DNA of 64,000 nt from positions 7,067 to 71,066 of the forward strand of contig JBBAEK010000001.1 of NCBI GenBank assembly GCA_041655935.1, given 5' to 3'. Positions 55,115 through 62,364 of the stretch are shown piece after piece. Made by a program: the position numbers and the translations under genes. This DNA is from Eubacteriales bacterium (GTDB lineage Bacteria; Bacillota; Clostridia; Oscillospirales; CAG-272). Positions within the stretch are counted from its first letter, which is position 1. The number at the start of each line of letters is the position of its first letter. Under the pieces are notes generated by a model. That model did no database searches. It had not been told where the DNA came from and saw only the letters and a program-made list of their open reading frames with translations.

Positions 55115-56483
55115 GCTGTACAAACTCGTCTATGACAGTCATTTGATGTTGAATGGAATGGGGGCCGGTACCGCCGTAGGAAATGCGCTTGTTCACGCAA
55201 TTCTCAAGCGAGATCTCCCGGTACAGGTCCTCCTCGAACAGGGGACTGAACAATTGGTACTCCGTGAGGCTCAGCGTCTCCAGTACGCACCCCTCCGCCA
55301 TACACTTGGCGACGATCTGCCCGACAATCTGGTAGGCGGTGCGGAAAGGCACGCCTTTTTTAGTGAGATAGTCGGCGAGGTCGGTGGCATTGATGAAGCC
55401 CTCCCCGGCGGCCTGATACATCGCGGGCTTGTTGGTGCGCATGGTGGCGATCATGGGCGCAAAGACGGCGAGGCACTGGCGCACCGTCTCCAGGCTGTCG
55501 AAAATCGCCTCCTTGTCCTCCTGCATATCCTTGTTGTAGGCCAGCGGCAACCCCTTCAGCATGGTCAGGGTGCCCATCAGGTTCCCATAGACCCGCCCGG
55601 TCTTTCCTCGCACCAGCTCGGCGACATCGGGGTTCTTTTTCTGCGGCATGATGCTGGAGCCGGTAGTGTAGGCGTCGTCCAGCTCTACAAAGCGGAACTC
55701 CCAGCTGCACCACAAAATCAGCTCCTCCGCGAGGCGCGAGAGGTGCATCATGACGGTGGCATAGGCAGCCTGCAACTCAATGCAGTGATCCCGGTCGGAG
55801 ACACCGTCCAGGCTGTTCTCACAGACACCGTCAAAACCCAGCGCCCGCGCCTCAAACTCTCGGTCGATGGGGTAGGTGGTGCCGGCAAGGGCACAGGAGC
55901 CGATGGGGGAGACATTCATCCGCCGCAGGGCGTCCCGCAGCCGCTCATAGTCCCGCCGGAACATCATGCAGTAGGCGAGCAACTGGTGGGCAAAGACGAT
56001 GGGTTGCGCCCGTTGCAGGTGGGTGTAGCCCGGCACAATGGCATCCCGGTTCGTTTCCGCCTGCTCCCTGAGCGCGTCTATCAGCTCGAGCAGCAGTTTT
56101 TGAATCTGTTGGGTTTCTTCCCTCAGGTAGAGCCGCAAGTCCAGCGCGACCTGGTCGTTGCGGCTTCTGGCGGTGTGCAGCTTTTTCCCCACTTCCCCGA
56201 CCCGCTCGGTCAGCACGCTTTCCACGAACATGTGAATGTCCTCCGCGCCGGGATCAATCGAAAGCGCCCCTGTGTCAAGGTCGGTCAGAATGGACGAAAG
56301 ACCAGCGCACAGCTGCTCGGCCTCTGCCGCCGAGAGTATTCCCTGCTTTGCCAGCATAGAGGCGTGCGCCAGGGAGCCCGCAATATCCTGCCGGTACATG
56401 GCGGCATCCACCCGTATGGAGGCGTTGAAGTCGTCTGCCCGCCGGTCTGTCTCGCCCGACGTTCTTCCTGCCCAAAGTTTCAT
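55095..56483 (-). CDS. argH: argininosuccinate lyase
   Basis: MKLWAGRTSGE, GYTHLQRAQP, GSSIMPQKKNPD (fumarate-lyase signature). The start is at ATG 56483; the longer tracked ORF is rejected. Confidence 0.93.
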   Translation of the reverse strand: MKLWAGRTSGETDRRADDFNASIRVDAAMYRQDIAGSLAHASMLAKQGILSAAEAEQLCAGLSSILTDLDTGALSIDPGAEDIHMFVESVLTERVGEVGKKLHTARSRNDQVALDLRLYLREETQQIQKLLLELIDALREQAETNRDAIVPGYTHLQRAQPIVFAHQLLAYCMMFRRDYERLRDALRRMNVSPIGSCALAGTTYPIDREFEARALGFDGVCENSLDGVSDRDHCIELQAAYATVMMHLSRLAEELILWCSWEFRFVELDDAYTTGSSIMPQKKNPDVAELVRGKTGRVYGNLMGTLTMLKGLPLAYNKDMQEDKEAIFDSLETVRQCLAVFAPMIATMRTNKPAMYQAAGEGFINATDLADYLTKKGVPFRTAYQIVGQIVAKCMAEGCVLETLSLTEYQLFSPLFEEDLYREISLENCVNKRISYGGTGPHSIQHQMTVIDEFVQHEKNLY

Positions 56484-56494
56484 GTCGTATGTCC

Positions 56495-57730
56495 TTACTT
56501 GTTTTTCCGTGCGTTCCTTGCCGCCAGTTGCGCCTGCACCTGAATGGGGAGGCCGAACAGGTTGATAAACCCGGTGGCGTCGGCCTGGTTGTACACATGG
56601 TCCTCGCCGAAGGTGGCGATTTCCTCGGAGTACAGAGAGTAGTCCGACCACGCCCCCGCCTTGATCAGGTTGCCCTTATACAGCTTGATTCTCACCTTGC
56701 CGGTGACAGGCTCCTGGGTCTTGGTGACAAAGGCGGAGAGCGCCTCGCGCAGGGGGGTGAACCACTGGCCGTTGTAGACCAGCTCGGCAAAGGTGATGGA
56801 AAGCTTCTGCTTCTCATGCATGGTCATTTTGTCGAGGCAGAGGGTCTCCAGATAGTTGTGTGCGAAATAAAGGATGGCGCCGCCCGGGGTTTCATACACG
56901 CCGCGGCACTTCATGCCGACCAGGCGGTTCTCCACAATGTCGAGCAGACCGATGCCGTTCTTGCCCCCGATCTCATTGAGCTTCAAAATAATGTCCTTGG
57001 CACTCATGGCAACGCCGTCCAGCGCGGTCGGCATCCCCCGCACAAAGTCGAGTGTGAGATAGGTGGGGGCATCGGGCGCCTGCAGGGGAGAGACGGACAT
57101 TTCCAGGAAGCCCGGCTTTTCGTAGCGGGGTTCGTTGCCTGCATCCTCCAGGTCCAGTCCCTCATGGCTCAGGTGCCACAGGTTTTTATCCTTGGAGTAG
57201 TTGGACTCGCGATTGATTTTCAGGGGGATATGGTGCGCCTCGGCATACTCGATCTCCTCCTCGCGGGACTTGATGCTCCACTCGCGCCAGGGGGCAATGA
57301 TCTTCATGTCGGGGGCAAATGCCTTGATGGTGAGCTCAAAACGCACCTGGTCATTCCCCTTCCCGGTGCAGCCGTGACAGATGGCATCTGCGTTTTCGGC
57401 ACGGGCAATTTCCACGATCCGTTTGGCAATGATGGGGCGTGCAAAGGCGGTGCCCAGCATGTACTGCTCATACAGCGCGCCTGCCTGCACGGTGGGGAGA
57501 ATATAGTCGTTGACAAACTCGTCGGTCAAATCCTCAATATACAGTTTGGAGGCGCCTGTTTTGAGCGCCTTCTCCTCCAGCCCTTCCAGTTCATCCGCCT
57601 GGCCGACATTGGCGGACACGGCAATGACCTCGCACCCGTTGTAATTTTCCTTCAGCCATGGAATGATGATGGAGGTATCCAGCCCTCCGGAATAGGCTAA
57701 AACAACCTTCTTGATCTGATCCTTATTCAT
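56495..57730 (-). CDS. argG: argininosuccinate synthase
   Basis: [42 protein letters not shown]. Confidence 0.95.
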   Translation of the reverse strand: MNKDQIKKVVLAYSGGLDTSIIIPWLKENYNGCEVIAVSANVGQADELEGLEEKALKTGASKLYIEDLTDEFVNDYILPTVQAGALYEQYMLGTAFARPIIAKRIVEIARAENADAICHGCTGKGNDQVRFELTIKAFAPDMKIIAPWREWSIKSREEEIEYAEAHHIPLKINRESNYSKDKNLWHLSHEGLDLEDAGNEPRYEKPGFLEMSVSPLQAPDAPTYLTLDFVRGMPTALDGVAMSAKDIILKLNEIGGKNGIGLLDIVENRLVGMKCRGVYETPGGAILYFAHNYLETLCLDKMTMHEKQKLSITFAELVYNGQWFTPLREALSAFVTKTQEPVTGKVRIKLYKGNLIKAGAWSDYSLYSEEIATFGEDHVYNQADATGFINLFGLPIQVQAQLAARNARKNK

Positions 57731-57743
57731 GTAAACACCCTCT

Positions 57744-57760
57744 CGTGAATATTTTTGAAT
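57744..57760. promoter_or_regulatory. weaker ARG-box-like site in the argG leader
   Basis: GTGAATATTTTTGAATT compared with the AhrC/ArgR box as I recall it (ATGAATAAAAATkCAAk). Several mismatches. Confidence 0.3.
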
Positions 57761-57772
57761 TTATATACGCTC

Positions 57773-57801
57773 ATTATAACATAATATGAATAATTTTGCA
57801 A
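57773..57801 (-). promoter_or_regulatory. sigmaA-type promoter (extended -10) for the arg-car-his array
   Basis: TTGCAA-17 nt-TATAAT with TGT immediately upstream of the -10 element, about 40 nt before the argG ATG. Confidence 0.65.
57785..57801. promoter_or_regulatory. putative ArgR/AhrC operator (ARG box) overlapping the -35 element
   Basis: ATGAATAATTTTGCAAT matches 14 of 17 positions of the recalled consensus ATGAATAAAAATkCAAk. The mismatches lie only in the central A/T tract. Confidence 0.45.
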
Positions 57802-57934
57802 TAGGTCAGCAGAAATTCATGGATTTCTACCTATTGCATTGTTTTTTTCTTCAAATCAAGAGATGCATTGTATATCTTGCACAAAACTTCAGGCAAACAC
57901 ACGACTTTTGCCGTCTTTTTTTGAACATCAAAAG

Positions 57935-57966
57935 AACAGCCCCCTCTCGGAAGGAGGGGGGCTGTT
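57935..57966 (-). terminator. rho-independent terminator of the oxidoreductase operon
   Basis: CAGCCCCCTC...GGAGGGGGGCTG hairpin, followed on the minus strand by TTCTTTTGATG. Confidence 0.7.
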
Positions 57967-57996
57967 GGGGAATGGACTGTAAATATAGTGCCCGGT

Positions 57997-58530
57997 TTAT
58001 GCAAAGTGATAGCCGGCTTCGATCGCCCTCAGGTTGATCTCGAGCAATGCCTCGTGTTTTGCGGAGACGACTTTGCGCAGTGCGTCGGTCATCTTATCAA
58101 AGGAAATCATCCCGGTTTTTTGCATGGCAAAGCCCGCCATCACCATGTTCGCCAGAGTGGGGTACCCCGCATCCATCGCCATCTTGGTGGCGGGGATGTA
58201 GGCGGCGGTGAGATCGGACCTCTCCACCTTGCGCCCGATCAGGGCAGAATCGACCAGGATATAGCCGCCCGGTTTGGCGGACTGTTCATACTTGTCCAGC
58301 GAGGGGAGGTTCATGGCAATCAAAATATCCGGGTGCGAGACAATGGGAGAGCCGACGGGCGCGTCGCTCAAAATCACACTGCAGTTGGCAGTGCCGCCGC
58401 GCATCTCGGGGCCGTAAGAGGGCAACCAACTGACCTGACGCCCTTCCAGCAAGCCCTTGTAGGCAATGAACTTGCCGGCGAACAGCACGCCTTGCCCGCC
58501 AAAGCCCGCAATCAAAATTTCTGTCGTCAT
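57997..58530 (-). CDS. 2-oxoacid:ferredoxin oxidoreductase gamma subunit
   Basis: [20 protein letters not shown], a typical POR/KOR/VOR gamma N-terminus. Confidence 0.88.
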   Translation of the reverse strand: MTTEILIAGFGGQGVLFAGKFIAYKGLLEGRQVSWLPSYGPEMRGGTANCSVILSDAPVGSPIVSHPDILIAMNLPSLDKYEQSAKPGGYILVDSALIGRKVERSDLTAAYIPATKMAMDAGYPTLANMVMAGFAMQKTGMISFDKMTDALRKVVSAKHEALLEINLRAIEAGYHFA

Positions 58531-58533
58531 GGC

Positions 58534-59289
58534 TCAGCCCTCCTCTTTCCCGGTGCTTCTGTCCTTAAAGACACCCAGCGGATAGTATGGGATCATGGCT
58601 GTATCCACCCACTCGAGCGCCTTCTGCGGCGTCATGCCCCAGTTGGTCGGGCAGGTGGAGAGTACCTCAATCAGGGAAAAGCCCTTGCCTTGGACCTGGT
58701 TCTCAAAAGCCTTTTGGATGGCCTTTTTGGCGGTGCGGATATTCTTAACCGAATTGACCGTCACGCGCGCGATGTACTCGGGGCCCTCCAGCGTCGAGAG
58801 CATCTCGGAGACCCGGATGGGGTAGCCTGCCGCGTGGATATCGCGGCCGTAGGGCGAGGTCTGGGTCACCTGCCCCGGCAGGGTGGTGGGCGCCATCTGG
58901 CCGCCGGTCATGCCGTAAATGGCGTTGTTGATGAAGATAATGGTGATGTTTTCGTTGCGGGTGGCGGCGTGGACAATCTCCGCCATGCCGATCGAGGCAA
59001 GGTCGCCGTCGCCCTGGTAGGTGAAGATGATGTTATCGGGCAGCGCGCGCTTGAGTCCGGTCGCCACGGCAGGTGCCCTGCCATGCGCCGCCTCCACCAT
59101 GTCACAGTCAAAATAATTGTATGCCATGACGGCACAGCCTACGGGTGCCACACCGATGGTTTTGCCCTGAACATCCAGCGCATCCATCGCCTCTGCCACC
59201 AAACGGTGCACAATGCCGTGGGTACAGCCCGGGCAGTAGTGCAAAGGCGCGTCGGTCAGGCTTTTCGGTTTTTCAAAGACAACCATCAA
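58534..59289 (-). CDS. 2-oxoacid:ferredoxin oxidoreductase beta subunit (TPP-binding)
   Basis: YCPGCTHG, GDGDLASIG...NN.IYGMTGGQ (TPP motif). Confidence 0.88.
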   Translation of the reverse strand: MMVVFEKPKSLTDAPLHYCPGCTHGIVHRLVAEAMDALDVQGKTIGVAPVGCAVMAYNYFDCDMVEAAHGRAPAVATGLKRALPDNIIFTYQGDGDLASIGMAEIVHAATRNENITIIFINNAIYGMTGGQMAPTTLPGQVTQTSPYGRDIHAAGYPIRVSEMLSTLEGPEYIARVTVNSVKNIRTAKKAIQKAFENQVQGKGFSLIEVLSTCPTNWGMTPQKALEWVDTAMIPYYPLGVFKDRSTGKEEG

Positions 59290-60347
59290 AGGTCACCTCC
59301 TGCAAGTTTTTCGATGGTGGCAAGGACCTGTTCCGGGGTCGGGATCATCCCGCCCGAACGGTTGCAAAGCACCACGGGACGGCGGCACTCGACCGCCAGG
59401 CGGACATCCTCTATCATCTGCCCCATGGAAAGCTCCACCGACACAAATGCTCGCACCTTTTCGGCGGCGGCCCTCAGCGGCTTTACGGGGAAAGGCCAGA
59501 GGGTAATCGGGCGAATCATGCCCACCCTCAGCCCCTTTTCACGGGCGGCGTTGATGGCGTTTTTGGCCACGCGGGCCGCAATGCCGAAAGCGACAATACA
59601 GTACTCAGCGTCCTCCATAAGGTAGGATTCGTAGAGCGTCTCGTCCTGCTCGATCTGCCGGTAACGCTCGAAACGCTCGACATTCTTGCGCTCCAGCTCC
59701 TCGGGGTTGAGGTAGAGGGAGTTGATGATATTGGGGGCGCGGCGCATCCCCGTGCCGGTCACCGCCCACGGCTTTTCGGTTTGGCGGACAGTGACCTCCC
59801 GAAAGGTCACCGGCTCCATCATCTGTCCCATGGTGCCGTCCGCCAGGAGCATGACGGGGATACGATACTGGTCGGCAAGGTCAAATGCCTGCACGGTCAG
59901 GTCCGCCATTTCCTGCACCGAGGCGGGGGCTAACACCAGCAGGCGATAGTCGCCATGGCCGCCTCCCTTGGTGGCCTGAAAATAGTCGGACTGCGCCGGC
60001 TGGATGCCCCCCAGTCCGGGCCCGCCCCGCTGGATATTGACAATCAGGCAGGGCAGATCGGCCCCCACTATGTAGGAAATCCCCTCTTGTTTGAGGGAGA
60101 CGCCGGGGCTGGAGGACGAGGTCATCACACGGTGGCCGGTCCCCGCCACGCCGTACACCATATTGATGGCGGCAATTTCACTTTCCGCCTGCAGGAACAC
60201 ACCGCCCACCTTGGGCATTCTTTTCGCCATGTAGGCGGCAATTTCGGTCTGCGGTGTGATGGGGTACCCAAAATAATGACGGCAACCGGCACGGAGCGCC
60301 GCTTCGGCAATCGCCTCATTTCCTTTCATTAAAACGACTTCTGCCAT
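59286..60347 (-). CDS. 2-oxoacid:ferredoxin oxidoreductase alpha subunit
   Basis: MKGNEAIAEAALRAG, YPITPQTEI. The start is at MAEVVLMKG (ATG 60347) with a GAGGAAAAAACT RBS. Confidence 0.88.
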   Translation of the reverse strand: MAEVVLMKGNEAIAEAALRAGCRHYFGYPITPQTEIAAYMAKRMPKVGGVFLQAESEIAAINMVYGVAGTGHRVMTSSSSPGVSLKQEGISYIVGADLPCLIVNIQRGGPGLGGIQPAQSDYFQATKGGGHGDYRLLVLAPASVQEMADLTVQAFDLADQYRIPVMLLADGTMGQMMEPVTFREVTVRQTEKPWAVTGTGMRRAPNIINSLYLNPEELERKNVERFERYRQIEQDETLYESYLMEDAEYCIVAFGIAARVAKNAINAAREKGLRVGMIRPITLWPFPVKPLRAAAEKVRAFVSVELSMGQMIEDVRLAVECRRPVVLCNRSGGMIPTPEQVLATIEKLAGGDL

Positions 60348-60357
60348 AGTTTTTTCC

Positions 60358-60564
60358 TCATTTTTCAACGGTAATCACGCAGTCAGGGCACATCATGGCG
60401 CAAAATGCGCAGGCGATACACTTGTCCTGATCGGTGATGGTAGCCGGTGAATGTCCTTTCTTGTTGATTTTGTCTGTGGCAATGGCAATGATCTTTTTCG
60501 GGCAGGCGTACACGCACAGCTCGCAGCCCTTGCACAGATTTTCGTCAAAGGTTACCTTGGGCAT
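60358..60564 (-). CDS. 2-oxoacid:ferredoxin oxidoreductase delta subunit (2x[4Fe-4S] ferredoxin)
   Basis: CKGCELCVYACP and CIACAFCAMMCP; 68 aa. AAGGAGAAGGGAA RBS. Confidence 0.88.
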   Translation of the reverse strand: MPKVTFDENLCKGCELCVYACPKKIIAIATDKINKKGHSPATITDQDKCIACAFCAMMCPDCVITVEK

Positions 60565-61249
60565 TTCCCTTCTCCTTTTTCATATCAAAATACTTCTTTT
60601 GCAGTACCAGCGGGAACACGGGCATCTCGGTGATTTGCGCGGCGACTCCCTGCTCTGCCGTGGTCATCAGGATGGGCAGGCCGGACAAAGACGACAACCG
60701 CTCTGCCTCGGCGGCACTGGACAGGACCAGCGCCGGCGTGGTATCCCACCCGATGTTTGAGTTGTTGACAATGGCGGTGAACGGGATGCCCCCCGCCCTT
60801 TCAATCTCGCGCATGACCTCCAGGGCCGACTCCGCGGTGGTCGTGAGCGGCCTGTACAGGTTCAGGACAAAGATCATCTCATAATTGTTCTCCGCCAGAA
60901 TGTCGGGGGCGTAGCGCCCCAGCGCATAGGCGCCGCGGTCATCCCCGCCGATATCGAACACCACATGCCGGTCATGCTGTCGGACCAGCCCATAGAGCGC
61001 CTGCGGCAGGGCGGGCAGGTCCACATTGGTGTTGGCGTAGACGGAGGAAATCAGCGGGATGCCCGCCTCTGCCAGCTCGTCCATGCTGTCCTTGGTACGG
61101 AAATAGGGGTTGACAATGTCGAGGTCGGCAATAGCGACCGCCAGCCCGCGCCTCTGTAAGTAACGGGCATAATTGACGGCAATATTGGTCTTCCCGCTCC
61201 CGTAATGACCGGCAAAAAGGGTGACCCGCCTGACCTTTGGCGCCATCAT
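60545..61249 (-). CDS. cysteine-free MinD/ParA-superfamily (SIMIBI) P-loop ATPase embedded in the operon, function unknown
   Basis: LFAGHYGSGKTNIAVNYA (Walker A), VVFDIGGDD (Walker B-like). The ATG at 61249 overlaps the ilvE stop (TGATG). The 3' end overlaps the delta-subunit start by 20 nt. Confidence 0.65.
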   Translation of the reverse strand: MMAPKVRRVTLFAGHYGSGKTNIAVNYARYLQRRGLAVAIADLDIVNPYFRTKDSMDELAEAGIPLISSVYANTNVDLPALPQALYGLVRQHDRHVVFDIGGDDRGAYALGRYAPDILAENNYEMIFVLNLYRPLTTTAESALEVMREIERAGGIPFTAIVNNSNIGWDTTPALVLSSAAEAERLSSLSGLPILMTTAEQGVAAQITEMPVFPLVLQKKYFDMKKEKGNAQGNL

Positions 61250-62322
61250 CAGCAAACCGGGTGGCACCAGCCGTGGGTGTCTGGCACCTTGCCCCACTGA
61301 ATGGCGGTCAGTTGGTCATAGAGACGCTGGGTCACGGGGCCGATTTGGTTGTGGTTGATGGTATGCGTTTCATCCAGGTAAAACAACTGGCCAATCGGCG
61401 AGACAACGGCTGCCGTGCCCGTCCCCCAGGCCTCCTCAAGCCTGCCGTCGTCGGCCGCCTGCTTCAGCTCGTCAATGGAAATCAGGCGTTCGGTGACCGT
61501 GTAGCCCCACTCGCGCAACAGGGCGATGCAGGACTTGCGGGTGATGCCCGGCAGCACCGAGCCCGTGAGGGCTGGCGTGACAATCTCCCCGCCAATCTTG
61601 AACATGACATTCATGCTGCCGACTTCCTCAATATATTTACGCTCCACGCCGTCCAGCCACAGCACCTGCGTGTACCCCATTTTCTGCGCGCGTTGGCCGG
61701 CGCGCAGGCTGGCGGCATAGTTGCCGCCGCACTTGGTGTACCCGGTCCCGCCCCGCACAGCCCGCACATCCTCGGACTCAATGGCAATCTTGACCGGGTT
61801 CATCCCTTCGGGATAGTAGGCGCCGACGGGAGAGCAGATGATGACAAAGGTGGCGCACTCCACGGCGTGGACCCCCAGGTGCGGGTCGTCACCGTACATA
61901 AAGGGGCGGATGTAGAGCGAGGTGCCCTCCAGGCGCGGCACCCAATCCTGCTCCAGCGTAATCAGGGTTTCCAGCGCATGGAGCGCAAATGCCTCGTCCA
62001 GCTGGGGCAGGCAGAGTCGCTCGGCACTGATGTTCATGCGGCGGACGTTTTCCAGCGGGCGAAACATCTGCACGCGGCCTTCTTTGGTGCGGTATGCCTT
62101 CATTCCCTCGAAAATTTCGGTGCCGTAATGAAAAACCGTGGAGGCGGGATACACCGGTATATAGTCAAAGGGGACGATCCGTGCGTCATGCCACCCCTGC
62201 TCGCTCGAGTAGTTCATCATGAACATATGATCGGTGAAAAGACGCCCGAACCCCAGCCGGGTCTCGTCGGTCGGACGCGGCTTCGGTTGTGTGGCTTTGG
62301 TGATGGAAATGGTTTGTTTCAT
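61249..62322 (-). CDS. ilvE: branched-chain amino acid aminotransferase
   Basis: LGFGRLFTDHMF, fold-type IV PLP enzyme (YIRP, GGTGYTKCGGNYA, EAWGTGTAAV); 357 aa. Confidence 0.9.
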   Translation of the reverse strand: MKQTISITKATQPKPRPTDETRLGFGRLFTDHMFMMNYSSEQGWHDARIVPFDYIPVYPASTVFHYGTEIFEGMKAYRTKEGRVQMFRPLENVRRMNISAERLCLPQLDEAFALHALETLITLEQDWVPRLEGTSLYIRPFMYGDDPHLGVHAVECATFVIICSPVGAYYPEGMNPVKIAIESEDVRAVRGGTGYTKCGGNYAASLRAGQRAQKMGYTQVLWLDGVERKYIEEVGSMNVMFKIGGEIVTPALTGSVLPGITRKSCIALLREWGYTVTERLISIDELKQAADDGRLEEAWGTGTAAVVSPIGQLFYLDETHTINHNQIGPVTQRLYDQLTAIQWGKVPDTHGWCHPVC

Positions 62323-62364
62323 AATGCTTTCCTTTTACTTATTAACAAAAAATACATTGTCTCA

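Noticed and set aside
55065-59625. Long plus-strand ORFs (55065..56543, 56489..57700, 57988..59625) antisense to argH, argG and the OFOR genes
   Set aside because: All are shadows opposite genes with diagnostic motifs. They have no RBSs, and one crosses the 57935-57966 terminator region.
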